Positions 38,958-52,152 of a DNA stretch of 64,000 nt are shown in pieces (the stretch's first letter is position 1; each line of letters opens with the position of its first letter). This DNA comes from Azolla caroliniana (taxonomy: Eukaryota > Plantae > Polypodiophyta), in assembly GCA_043228905.1 (NCBI GenBank), contig JBHGNT010000005.1:21948001-22012000 (forward strand). Direction: 5' to 3'. A model generated the notes under the pieces. That model was not told where the DNA came from. It saw only the letters and a program-made list of their open reading frames with translations, and did not search any database. The position numbers and the translations under genes are program-made.

Positions 38958-41533
38958 TTAAGGTAGTGGTGGTGCTACTAGATTTTGAGAAAGCATATGA
39001 TAGGGTATGTTGGAACTTTCTAGAAAGTGTGATGGGGAAACTCAGCTTTCAAGAGACATGGATCAAAGGCATTGCAGGACTTTATAGGAACGACAGTAGT
39101 TGCGTTTCACTTGCAGGTGAAAGGGGCCCCTTTTTCCAAATATCCCGATCTGTACGACAAGTATTCCCACTAGCTCCATCCTTATTTCTATTATACACCG
39201 AAGCACTCTCTTGCTTTCTCAGCTCACGACATCTCAACCTACATGGTCTTCTCGTACCTCATTCTCACCAAAGCATCCTGGATATAGAATTTGCAGATGA
39301 CACAACGGTCTACATGCAAGGGGACTTGGAAAACCTCCAAAAGCTAGAAAGTGGGTTAGCCGTATTTGGCAAGAGATCCAATGCCATGATCAATTGGCAC
39401 AAATCCTGTGCAATATGGCTTTCTCATGAAACACATCTTGCGTGGCACCCCCATCTCCCTTTCAAATGGATCAATCAAGGAGCGAGCACCAAATATTTGG
39501 GTTTCCAAATTGGTTTCAACATACCACCGAAGACTATGATTGCACCCGTTATCCATTCCATTTGACAAAAGTTGATACATTGGAGTTTGAAAAAACTATC
39601 GTTAGCGGGTCACATCATAGTGGCAAACCAGGTAGTACTCGCAACAACATGGTACACTCTATCATGTTGGACAATCTCCAAGGAAAGCATACATCAAATT
39701 CAACAACTGGTATGCAACTACATTTGGTCTGGTAAGGAAGATCATGTAACTTGTGCCAAGGTGGCGAGGCCTATACTCACAACACCTAAGTCGAGAGGGG
39801 GATTGGGTCTTATTGATTCCCTTTCACAATCAAAAGCCTAACTTGCCAAATTTGTGGTGCGAGGACTCCAGTCAGGAAATGAATGTTGGAAAATGCTACT
39901 GCGGTTACGTTTCGCTTACTTTAGGCCACGAAAAGGGGTCAATTAGCCCCCCCAAACGGGATGGATTCTAAACATGGATCTCAAACCTAGTTTCTCCCGC
40001 CAATTGGAGGATATATTTAGTGCATCCATGTGGAAGGCATGGTGTGACATTAGACGAGGGCTCAAGTGCGATCAACTGAGCTCTGAACTTGCCTAGCTCA
40101 GTCAACGTATCCTATGGAACCCATGTATCAAGGATGAATCTAATCAACTACTGGGATCACGTAAGGGGTTGTCATGGGGATACATTGCAGAAGGTTCAGG
40201 AAAAAGTATAGAATGTTGGAGACGATTTATGTCACTACCACTACAAGATCAAGCCAACATATTCCATGGAATTAGGGGCGAATGGACTAGGAGATCAGAA
40301 ATCATTAACGTTCTACTGATTAGGGAAGCTGCCACTCAAAGGACAACAATGGAGAAATGGATAGGCTACGAGGAGGAGGGATCTTTGATCCCGAGACGTA
40401 GGGGAACACCAAAAAGGATCAAAGGCTCTGAATTGCGAGACACTGAGACGCCAACATAGAATAACGCAATTCAAGTACTCGCGTATACTAGTCATAAATG
40501 GATTGTAGATCCTGATCTGATCAAAGTACAACCCGATTGGCACATATGTACTCATGAAAACACATGTCTACATAAGGTCAGTTGGGACCCTTTGCAATGG
40601 AGATGGCGTGATCCTTATGCGGGGCAAGGAACCATACCCATCCCTTTCTTCCAATTCACAACTAGATTGGGTCGCCACATTCTAGTTGCTCAAACCACCA
40701 GAGAGCCGACTGCTACAAAGGTCTGGCACACATTTCAAGTTCCTCACACAATTATCACCAAGTTTTGGCAGAAAATGTGGAAACAACAACACACAAGGCG
40801 AATTACCACGTTCCAATGGCTATTAATATAAGTCACTACCGGTGGGAGCATGGCAACATGGGAACCTTAGCTCTCCTAATTGTGAAGAGTGCCCAAATGC
40901 AGTAGAATCAATACGACACGCTCTGTGGGATTGCCCAACGTCCCATCGAATATGGCGGGGGGTTGGCCGCTTGTTGCAATAATGCTAGGTGCAAGGCTCA
41001 ATCAAGTGGGGAAATATATGTTGGCTATCATGGCAGACCCCAGTTGGCAGATACGAGCATCAAGAGGAGGGGATGACTTTGGTGATAAAAGCACAAGAGG
41101 TTTTTTTCTCCACTAGCGGCAATGTCCACTCAACTCCTCTTAATGACAAATCTCAAGTTGTGTTGGAATTGGTCAGCCCAATAACTCTTTGGATTCTATG
41201 GAAACAACGGTGTAGACAGGTCTTCTCCAACCAAACCGCGCATCCGACAATGTTACTGCAAGAGATATGGAGTGAAATTGTAGCCACTCTAAAGAGCCAA
41301 TATGATGGCCTCAAGGGCGGCTCCGATGGAGTTGAAAGACAATGAATAGCCTTCATCCAACAATGGTCGTCCTCTCCCTTTCTTGAGTTAGTGGGCATCC
41401 ACATAAGATGGAACTATCGCATCCGTACAGGGATTTGTACATAATAGTCTCATTTGTAAAATTTTATAACTAATGGAAGGAGCTTTTTTCGGAAAAAAGA
41501 AAAAAGAAAAAAGAAAAAAGGAAAAAAAGAAAT
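38958..41533 (+). mobile_element. L1-clade LINE, lineage B, truncated within RT, with A-rich tail
   Basis: LDFEKAYDRV, SVRQ..PLAP, FADD, GGLGL motifs; the 3' half is colinear with 6840-8200; A-rich tail at 41493-41533. Confidence 0.9.
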
Positions 41534-42000
41534 GTAGTACTTTATTCATCCAACCAATATTTGGTCTTGCTGATTTGAACAAAATGATCTCGAACTTTGC
41601 GAGTACCATTGCATCTCTATTGTCTATTTCCATTGATGTCACCCATTTGTTGAACTTGTGTTGACTTGTTCCCATGGTCTCCTCAATCCCCAACTCTTGA
41701 AATAATGCTTGTTTGAAGGATCCCAAATTACTACGTGCTTGTTGAAGCTTTACAAATTTTGTATGCAACACAACAGAGACCACCTAATGGATGCATCTTA
41801 GTTTGTGAGAACTTTGGAGCTAGTTATAGGCATGAAAGATCTCCCAAAATGATCTAAAAGCTACCTTCTTCAATCACACTAACTTGATGATAAAAACATT
41901 CTCGAAGCATTTCTTCATTGTATATTCTTAGAAAGTCACAATCGTTCACTTGAAATTAATCAACAATCTCAACGCTTATTGCATGTTTCACCATATCCAT
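41534..42000 (-). pseudogene. Possible decayed retrotransposon gag-like fragment
   Basis: Minus-strand pieces FLRIYNEEMLRE and ...SFKQALFQE...FNKWV resemble Gypsy gag by eye only. Confidence 0.35.
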
Positions 42001-42880
42001 TTCCTCAAAAAAATTTATTTCATCATTATTTTCATTATCTTCAAAAATCTTTATTCAACTCTTTTAGGTCAAGTTCACCAATGGATGTTGCAGAAATCCA
42101 AGAGCGCATGTGAAACATGAGTGGGACCACTAAGGTCTCGAACCAAGGAAGATGAGATTCAAGATATTATCCATAGAGTTTGTCGACGTCAAGCATTCAA
42201 GATGGTACGAAACCATGCGCTTGATTATTTCTCCTTTTAAGATGTATGGGAGCACTTAGAACTTTCCCTAAGAAAGAATGTGTGTACCGATGGGTGCACG
42301 AGGGTGAGATTTTTGTTTTAATGAGTGGTTGTACAATAATAATGTGTGCGAATGTGTGTGCCCAAGAAGATGCAAAAATGTGTGTTCATTTATTACATGT
42401 GTTTGTATGACGATGTGTGTATGTGTGAGTCTAGTGTCGAATCCACGTGTATATGTTATTGTAAACAGTTTTTTTCGGGCATGGTGTCTTATATGAAAAT
42501 GAGCATGAAAGGTAATTTGTATTGATATTTAACTTGCATGTAAACATGTATCAATGTACATTTGAATTTATGTGTGCATGGGTATTTGTGGATGTGCAAA
42601 GTTACACGTAGGCATGAATGTGTAGTTGTACCTAGCCATTTGTGTGTGCCAATGTAAGCTGTACATATGGATTGTATTATGAGTGTGTGTGGAAAGGGGC
42701 GGGGGGTGGAGAGGGTAAAGTATAATAGGTAGTGTGAATCCAAATTTCCAATGGTTGATGCCTAGGCTACGTTTGAGCATCAAATTCGCAAGGTATGTTA
42801 GGTAGTGAAGAGGCTTGACATTGATAACTCCTCTACAACAATGGGTGGCAAATTGCAATCATAAGACCAATACTCAACGT

Positions 42881-43528
42881 TGTTGTGGGGAATGCCAACT
42901 ACACGAAGAAAATTCGCCGGATGCGCGGGAACGGGGGTGTGCGCGGATGCACACGAGATTTGTCTTAATGTACAAAGGTGTGTAAAGTAACATAGGACTA
43001 ATAAGTACTAGAGAGCGTGGGTTTGATAGGGTACTTTAATGTCCCACAGAAAGAGAGAGGAATAAAAGATAATGATGTGAGAGAGAATCAAGAGGAAATG
43101 GCTGACAGAAACGGTTTGTCATTAAGTGTGATGTATCAGAGGTTGTAATCTTCTGTTTTTGCTCTGATTAATTATTAGTATTTGCCGAGTCTCTATTCGT
43201 GTTTGGGTAATTCCATGTAGTCTCTGTTTATCATGTGTTTGTCGCGTCCCGAGCTTGTGATATCGTCTCTGTCCTATTCCCGATTGAGTGTGCGTATCTG
43301 AGTGCGTGAGCCCATGAGCTCATCGCTGCTATCCGGCAACTGGTTCGGAACAGTATACGCCTCCGAACCGTGCGCTCACTGTCCGACATCCGGGAATCGA
43401 TCCGGATCGGATACGTGTCCGAAACCGATCTGGCGAAGCTATCCGAATACTGATCCGAATATCCTTCTTGGTCCGAGACCCCGGTGGTCCCGCCCCGTTT
43501 CAACCCGCACGCGCGGATTACCGCGACA
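42881..43528 (+). mobile_element. Probable solo LTR (~650 bp, GC-rich)
   Basis: Termini TGTTGTGGGGAAT ... ATTACCGCGACA are inverted repeats once two CpG C>T changes are allowed. Flanks ACGT/ACGC may be a 4-bp TSD. GC/CpG content is sharply higher than in the flanks. Confidence 0.6.
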
Positions 43529-44737
43529 ACGCGTAGAAGCATCATAAGGTGTAACACTATTCTTTGCAATACTTAAGAAAGTAAACCAATTTTTTGGTGA
43601 CAACTTTTGCTAAAGGCAAATTCAAGAATTAGGTGGCGAGTGGTTCGTTGTGAAGATCCTTATTCAAGAACTTCTTTTGAAATGAGCCTTTGTGAGAGGA
43701 TCAACTCACCTATGGTTTGCATAAGGGAATTTGTTGTTTCCTTTTATCATATCCTCCTTCAAACATAGTTTCTTGTGAATTAAAACTTATAAAAATACAA
43801 ATAAAATCGGTAATTTCCTTGAAACAAAAGCAATTTAAGTAGATTAGGAGGTACTCTATGGTTATAAATCCTACATATTACAATAGCCTTTCGACAAATT
43901 GGACCAAATTATACAAAATTTGAACCCTTTGAGGTAAAGTGAAATGGAGTTGAGATAAGAAAGAGTTGGGGACATATCCTTGAATCGGTGTGGGTAGTGA
44001 GTCAAATGATCGATGAAAATGTCACTTAGTTTTTGTAGGACTGCCATGCACCCTTTTGATTTCCTATGATGTGATGTTCAATGTGTTGCTAAAGCTTGGG
44101 GATTCAATTCCCAAAATGTGTAAACTATGGCTTTCAAACGATCTCGTTGTCAAATAAATATAAAAACATTCTTTCTAATGATGTGCAATTGATTTTTCTA
44201 TTGGAATGAAAACTATTCTTACCCTTGGATGTGTACTTAGCTTTGGCAAGGTTTGTGTCAATCATCCTTTTTATCACATGCCTCCAAAACTTAAGAACTT
44301 GGCAACGAACTAATTAGTGGCTTTCAAGAGCTCTCTATTGGATAAAAATAGAGGCCTCTCTTCTTAAGATCTTGTTATTCTTATCCTTGGATGGATGACC
44401 CTCTTCATTTGTGCATTGTACCTCCAATTTCCCTTTCCAATCATTGTTTATGTGGGCAACCCTATGTTGGCAAGGATTAGGTCTTATCATTTTTGAGCCA
44501 TCTTCCATTGTTATATACTTTTTTTTTTCTAGTGCACTTGAATAAGAATCCATTCCTTTCCATAACTTGCCTTTTTCATGCATTTCTCTCTTTGCAGATG
44601 TACACCACTACATAACATTGTGTCATTTTTGAGCCCTTGGATGCATGTCATGGCCATAATGAGTTGATGGGATAAGAGTTGTGTGCTTGATGTGTCAGTT
44701 TCAAGGGTGACATTGTTTTTTTCACCATTAATTATTT

Positions 44738-45050
44738 GGGAAAAGTACAAGGATACCCCTGGAAGTTCATCTATTTACCAGAATGCCCATGGAAGTTCTA
44801 AATTTACCAAACTACCCCTATGTCCAAAAATTTACACTTTATAAAGTAATTATACACTCAAATATTTGGTAAATAGGGCTAGTTTGGGTCCAGTTCTTCC
44901 ATCTTTTGTAAATAGGGCTTGTAGATTTGAGTGTATAATTACTTTATAAAGTGTAATTTTTTGGACATAGGGGTAGTTTGGTAAATTTGGAACTTCCAGG
45001 GGCATTCTAGTAAATAGATGAACTTCCAGGGGTATTCTGGTACTTTTCCC
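44738..45050. mobile_element. Mutator-like MITE / foldback element with 126-bp TIRs
   Basis: TIRs 44738-44863 and 44925-45050 (GGGAAAAGTAC...GTACTTTTCCC), 61-bp core, flanks TAATTATTT / TAATTTATT (approximate 9-bp TSD). Confidence 0.85.
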
Positions 45051-45189
45051 TAATTTATTTCTCAAGAACTTGACAAACTTGGATATCACACACAACTTTC
45101 GATTCGATTTGGTCAAATAATTACTAAAACAATATTTAGATGTTTACTTGACAAGAAGATCATCCAGATCATAGTTTTTGTACTTAACT

Positions 45190-45560
45190 TTCCAAATTTA
45201 TAGGTTTCCATGCATACCTAGCCAAAATTCCAAGTTTGGATATCAGAACTTGATTTGCACAATAGTTAGTGAATAATATACATTCCAAATTTATAGGTTT
45301 CCATCCATACCTAGCCAAAATTCCAAGTTTGGATATCAGAACTTGATTTGCACAATAGTTAGTGAATAATATACATTCCAAATTTATAGGTTTCCATCCA
45401 TACCTAGCCAAAATTCCAAGTTTGGATATCAGAACTTGATTTGCACAATAGTTAGTGAATAATATACATTCCAAATTTATAGGTTTCCATGCATACCTAG
45501 CCAAAATTCCAACTTTGGATTTCAGAACTTGATTTGCACAATAAGTGAATAATATACATT
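45190..45560. repeat. Tandem repeat, 93-bp unit x ~4
   Basis: TTCCAAATTTATAGG recurs at 45190, 45283, 45376 and 45469; units are nearly identical. Confidence 0.95.
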
Positions 45561-46770
45561 TATATAATCAAAATCCATAACTTACGTCAACTATATTTAA
45601 AATTAACTAGATCCATTAAAGTTAAAAGGTAATAAAAACATTGTGATGTATGATGATGCACATCCAATGAGATGTAAGATCCTCATATGTACATACGTTG
45701 TCCGACTATAGGTCCATTTGGAAAACATGGCCATCTTCTCCTTCAATAAAAACGTTTAATAGCAAAATTCTAACTTCATCATTCGATCCTTTATAGTATA
45801 TACCATAATGTTCCTTTGAGTATTTTCACTATTACATGATTGGCATCTTCCCCTAGGTATCTTGCTTTATGTGACATTGGTTGTGTAGATTACGATCATG
45901 GCCATGGTATTCCAACATTGCAATGTTGGCCATGTTAGAACGAATAGGAAGGGAACTATTCAAAGCACAATGATTTTGAATTTAAAGAGTGTTGTCATTC
46001 AATAATGGTTTACAATAGTCACAATGATCATACAATTAATGGTTGTTAACAAAACGAGTGTTAATATAATAGATATAACTACATATAATAGGCTATTGCA
46101 CATTGTTGGGTAAATTTACATATTCAAGTCATGTGTGTATGTATATATATAGACACAGACATTATACAAGCATAGAAAGGCATACACCTAAATGCATACA
46201 ACGCATAAATATATGCACATAATCAGATTTGGGACATACACGAATTTCACATATAAATAAACTAGTTGGTACTGGAGGAAAGTATTGTTTATCATTTACG
46301 ATGATGGAGTTAGTTTGAGAGACAAACCACAAGATTTATCTACGCGGGTTCTAATTGAGTTTGATGCTTCCCAAAATTGTACGAGACACTATGTTGTCAA
46401 CTGTTGAAGAGAGGAGCTATTACAATCTATTTGAGAATGGTCACGCATTTCACTTTACACACTATAATCAATGTAAGCATGAGAGATTTTTGCACTTACA
46501 CTTTAGACATTCTATCCGATTTCGAGCAATATAGCCTCAATGTTATTCATTTCTATGTTACTTTCTCAAAAGATATGGCTATAAATCTCCATTTAAGTCA
46601 TCTTATGTTTCAATATCAAGAATTTCTATGGTGGAAAGCCAAAAGGTTTAAGGGTGATTATCTCTGTTCAAAGAACAAATTTCAATCCATTGCAACATGT
46701 ACATTACTATTCATCATTTTGAGCAATGGAAAGCCGACTTTGTGGATCAACATAAACATGATAGCTTTGG

Positions 46771-47050
46771 TCATCCACATATTCTGAATAATCTTCTTTA
46801 TTCTCCAAAGTTTCATGTTTTTAATCCTCCTCCTCAAGGCATATATTGAAGATATTTGGATGAAAGTCATAACCAACTGGTTAAAGTCTCTACATTATTA
46901 CAAATTCTTCATGCTCATCCACATATTCTGAGTAGTCTTCGTTATTCTCCAACGTTTCATGTTTTTAATCCTACTCAAGTCATATATAGAAGATATTTAC
47001 ATGAAAAACATAAACTAGTTAAATTCTCTACATTATTACAAATTCTTCAC
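46771..47050. repeat. Diverged direct tandem duplication, ~144-bp unit x 2
   Basis: TCATCCACATATTCTGA at 46771 and 46915; both units end CTCTACATTATTACAAATTCTTCA. Confidence 0.85.
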
Positions 47051-47270
47051 GGCCAAACCCATGCAGGACAAACCTAAGACAATTTTTCTTATCCCTCACA
47101 TCCTTTATTTGAGAAAAACATGTATTTGTACAACCTCACATTAAAATCTGATTTGCATACATACAAGCAAAAATGAAGAAGAGCAATTCAAGTATCCTTT
47201 ATTTTGCATAGGGTGTTGGCTTGTTTCTCAAAGCAGGACATCATCTAGGCGATGACATGGTACTGAATTT

Positions 47271-48125
47271 TGTCATGTAGATAGTCCCTCCTTTTCGGGG
47301 GAGTCGGCTGGCCGAAATCGTATTTCGGTCGAATGGGAGTCAACCTAATAGAACTTCGGACATATGTGTATGTATGTGTATGTATGCATATATGTATATA
47401 TATATATGTGTTCTTATATATGTATATGAGATGAGCTAGTATATATAGTAAGAGTCGAACTAGCTACGTTTGTATGTGGGAATAGAACTTCGGACATATG
47501 TGTATGTATGTGTATGTATGCATATATGTATGTATGTTTATATATGTATATATATATATGTGTTCTTATATATGTATATGAGATGAGCTAGTATATATAG
47601 TAAGAGTCGAACTAGCTGCGTTTGTATGTGGGATAACTCATTGAGAGTAAAAACAGTGAGAAAAAGCGTGAAAGTATACTTAAGTGAAAAAGCGAGCGCG
47701 TGAGTCGTATAAGTATACATATTGCAAGAGAAGAGTTAGACAGAGAACGACTGAGAGCAAACATAGTAGTGGATGTGCGGGTGCCATAGCTCAGAAGTTG
47801 AGCATGAGAGGAAACAAAGGAATGAGAGTGTAATAGAAAGAAAAGAAAAAGACAAGTCAAGAAGCCTTGAAGGCTTCGAAAGAGATAGACACCTACGAGT
47901 TAGGGTTTGGTGCACTCGGCTGGAATTATGGTTTCAGAGTGCAACCATACCAAATCAGGTTCTATCATTCTATGTTGGAATTTCGTTTATCTCATAGTGG
48001 AAATTTCTTGTTCCCGTGGTTTTTCCCTGAAATAAGGGTTTTCCACATAAATCGTGTGTTACTTGTTTTATTTCTGATTGTGACTAAGTCTATTTGCAAC
48101 TACCGTCTGAGTAGAATTCATATCA
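47271..48125 (+). repeat. 5' LTR of Copia element 1 (855 bp)
   Basis: TGTCATGTAGATAGTCCC...GAATTCATATCA; homologous to 52153-52884. Confidence 0.93.
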
Positions 48126-48128
48126 ATT

Positions 48129-48140
48129 TGGTATTAGAGC
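48129..48140 (+). other. Primer-binding site (tRNA-iMet)
   Basis: TGGTATTAGAGC, one mismatch from the canonical TGGTATCAGAGC, 3 nt after the LTR end. Confidence 0.88.
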
Positions 48141-48166
48141 GTGGTTCTAAATGGAAGGGGGTGTGA

Positions 48167-51100
48167 ATGACTTTCCGGGGATGATTGTCCTAAACTCACA
48201 AAACTACTCAGACTGGAAGATCAAAATGGAAGATCTCCTGATAGTCAAAGATTTATATGAGCCTATAGAAAATAAGGAGGTGGGGTAATAGAACCTGAGT
48301 GGAAAATGTTACATAGAAAGGCAATGGCAACTATAAAATAGTGTGTAGACATTAGCGTCCTACAACACATAACAAGTGATACCAATGCTTTCGAGTTATG
48401 GCATAAACTCTCAGCTCTCTATGAAAGGAAAAATGCCCTAAATAAAACTTCCTTAATGAGGAAGATAGTGAGACTAAAGTACGTAGATGGGGAGAGCATT
48501 GTAGAGCACATCAGTACTTTCATGGGACTGGTGAATCAGTTAGCATTAGCGAAGTTCCTATTAGATGATGTTATGTAGGCCACACTACTACTATGTACTC
48601 TACCGGATAGTTGGGAAAACCTAATAGTGACACTCAACATTTCATGTAAAGAAGACAATCTATCTTTACAAGTAGTAAAGACAAGTATTTTAAATGAAGA
48701 GACAAGAAGAAAGGATAAGAGTGCCTTGTCTCAATCGGAAGCTAATGTGACCCAAGAACTTAGTAGAGGTAAAAGAGAGCATAGAAGTCAAGAAAATGGA
48801 GATAGGTTTTATGGAAGATCGAAATCTAGAGGAAGACCTACATGCTTCTATTGTGGGAAGCCTAGCCACTTCCAAAAGAATTGTCGACACCTTAGAAAGG
48901 ATAGAGGCATGGCTGATGAGGTCGAACCTAGAAAAATTTATGATGATAAAAACACTCAGCCATTGCAACCAGTGAGGAAGATATGTTATTTATCTGTGAA
49001 CAAGTTAGTGTGAATCTTGCAAATGCTGAGTGCTCATGGGTAGTGGATTCCGGTGCATCATTCCACCTAACTCCCAAAAGAGAATGTTTCTCATCCTACA
49101 TAGCCGGTGACTATGGCTACGTAAGGATGGGAAATGACGGTGAATGCAAGATTGTGGGCATAGGAAATGTGTTTTTGCTAACATCTACTGGCTGCAAGTT
49201 AACATTGAAGGATATACACCATGTTCCAGATGTTAGATTGAATCTGATATCGGCTGGACGGTTAGACAATGATGGCTATAGTGGTGGTTTTCGAAATGGT
49301 ACATGGAAGTTCTGTAAAGGGAGCCTGATTGTGGCTTGAGCCCAAAAATAGAACACATTGCATGTAATATATGCAAAGTTGTGGCGAGATGAAGCAAATG
49401 TAGGGGCCGACTCAGATGGTGAGTTGTGGCATAAAAGGCTCAGACACATGAGCGAAAGGGGAATGCATATCCTTGCGGAAAAGGATTTTCTACCAGAGGT
49501 GAAAGGAATACACTTGGAAAAGTGTGTGGACTGCTTGGTTGGAAAGCAGGATAGAACAACCTTTCACTCTAGGCCTCCGATGAGAAGAGGGCATGCCTTA
49601 GAATTGGTTCACATAGATGTGTGTTATGTGGATGCCCCATCACATAGTGGTGGACAATACTTCGTTACATTTATTGATGACTTCAGCAGGAAGGTGTGGG
49701 CTTTTGTGTTGGTATCTAAAGACCAAGTGTTGTCGGTCTTTAAAGTGTTTCATGCAAGGGTAGAAAGAGAATCTGGACAGAAGTTGAAAGTTGTCCGGAC
49801 AGACAATGGTGGTGAGTATAGAGGCCAATTTGAGATGTACTGCAAGACTCAAGGCATCAAACTTGAGTATACGGTGCCGAAGACACCTGAGCTAAATGGT
49901 CTAGCTGAGAGAATGAATCAGACCATAATGGAAAGGGTAAGAAGCATGTTGGCGCATGCAAAATTGTCAAAGTCATATTGGGCTGAGGCAATGTTGACGA
50001 TTGTCTACCTTATAAACAGGTCTCCCTCAATACCTTTGAAGGGGGATGTCCCATAGAGGGTGTGGACAGGAATAAATGTGTCTTATCACCACTTAAGGGT
50101 GTTTGGATGTTTGGTCTATGTACATGTTGCTAAGATAAGAGGTCAAAGCTGGACAACAAGTCCAAGCCTTGTATATTCTTGAGTTATTCGGAAGACGAGT
50201 TCGAGTACAAAATGTGGGATCTCCTTGATAAGAAAGTGATAAGAAGTTGAGATGTCATAAATTTCATGGAAGACAAGACAATCGAAGATTGGAAGCAACA
50301 AAGACCATAGTCGTCTTCCCAATCGACTACTGTCATGGAGTCGACACTAGTCCATCCCACTCCCACACAACCAGTCGGCAGACAATAGCCGGCTGATGAA
50401 GTCGAGTCTGAGTCGGCTGACACTCAACAACAAACTGATACACACGAATCAGAGTCAGAAGAAAGTGAATCTGAGACAGTTACTGAAGGAAGAAGATATC
50501 CACAAAGACAAAGGAAGGTCTCCTCTCGATATCCGGTCAGTCAATATATCCTCTTTACTGATGAAGGGGAACCAGAATGCTATGAAGAGGCCATGACTGA
50601 TGTACACAAGGCGAAATGGTATAATGCCATGCAAGAGGAAATGGATTCCTTGCATGAGAACTTCACCTATGAGTTAATGGAGTTGCCTAATGGTAAGAAG
50701 GCACTTAGAAACAAATGGGTCTACAAATTAAAGACTGGAGAAGATGGAAGTACACCTAAGTATAAGGCTCGCATTGTCGTGAATGGTTTCCAACAGTAAA
50801 AGGGTGTTGATTTTGATGAGATTTTTGCTCCAGTTGTCAAGATGGCTTCCATCCGAACTGTTTTGAGTATGGCCACCAGTATGAATCTGGAAATTGAACA
50901 GTTGGATATTAAAACAACTTTCTTGCATGGTGAGTTGGAAGAGGAAATCTATATGCAACAACTGGAGGGCTTTGAGGTGAAAGGAAAAGAGAACCTTGTA
51001 TGTAGGTTGAGGAAAAGCCTGTATGGGCTAAAGCAAGCTCCAAGACAATGGTATAAGAAATTTGAGTCCTTCATGTTGGAACATGGATTCCACAAAACAC

Positions 51101-52140
51101 AAGTTGATCATTGTGTATTTGTGAAAAGGTATGATGAAGGTGATTTTCTTATTCTTTTGTTATATGTGGATGATATATGTTGGTTGTTGGACAGGATGGT
51201 AAAAAGATTGCCAGCTTGAAGAAAGCATTGAGCAAATCTTTTGCCATGAAAGACGTAGGATTGGCAAAACAGATTTTGGGAATGCATATAGTTCGGGACA
51301 AGACTAAAAACATGCTATGGCTATCACAAGAGAAATATGTGACGAAAGTGTTGCAAATGTTCAACATGTACAATGAAAAATCGGTTGGATCTCCATTGCC
51401 AGTGGAATGTAAGCTAAATTCAAGACAATGTCCGAAAGCTGAGAAAGATAAGGTAGAGATGAGGAGGGTGCCGTATGCATCGGTTGTTGGTAGCTTAATG
51501 TATGCTATGGTCTGCACAAGGCCGGACATTGCTTTTGCTGTTGAGACAGTTAGTCGTTACATGAGTAATCTTGGAAAGGAGCATTGGGCAGCTGTAAAAT
51601 GGATACTCAGATACCTCAAAGGAACTTTGAGTGTATGCCTTAGATATGGCTCCGGGAAACCTATGCTAGAAGGTTTCATAGATCTGATATGTCGGGGAAT
51701 GTAGATTCTAACCGATCCACATTAGGGTATGTGATGACTTATTTAGGGGGAGCCGAGTCATGGCAATCAAGATTGCAAAAGGTTGCGGCTTTATCAACCA
51801 TAGAGGCTGAATATATGGCTACAGTGGAAGCCGAAAAAGAATTAATTTGGATGAGAGATTTTTTAAGTGAACTAGGAATGAAACAAGAAACATTCCTACT
51901 TCATTGTGATAATTAGAGTGCAATACACCTCGCGAAGAATGCTGCCTATCACTCTCGTACAAAGCACATTCAAAGGAGGTATCATTGATTGCGAGAAAGA
52001 GTGGAAGAAAATGAGTTCGCTTTAATGAAGATCCATACTGATGAAAATGGATCAGATATGCTTACTAAAGTCTTGTCTATGGAAAAACTTGTTGCGTGCC
52101 GGCAAAAGACTGGTTTGGTTGACTCTCCCCTTACAGGAGT
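48167..52140 (+). pseudogene. Copia gag-pol polyprotein with multiple stops and frameshifts
   Basis: CFYCGKPSHFQKNC (gag knuckle), WVVDSGAS (PR), LWHKRLRH / FIDDFSR / RTDNGGEY / NGLAERMN (IN), [12 protein letters not shown] / LLYVDD (RT), ALSTIEAEY / LHCDN (RH). Confidence 0.93.
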
Positions 52141-52152
52141 GAAGGGGGAGTT
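52136..52152 (+). other. Polypurine tract of Copia element 1
   Basis: GGAGTGAAGGGGGAGTT immediately before the 3' LTR. Confidence 0.85.

Noticed and set aside
43560-44720. Short minus-strand ORFs suggesting a decayed transposase
   Set aside because: No diagnostic catalytic motif could be identified by eye.
45184-45504. 106-aa ORF with a 31-aa repeat; also considered as a CRISPR-like array
   Set aside because: A pure 93-bp tandem repeat without unique spacers, in eukaryotic DNA with no cas genes; the ORF is a by-product of the unit length.
47612-48166. Duplicated small ORFs (also at 52371-52946)
   Set aside because: Incidental frames within the two Copia LTRs.
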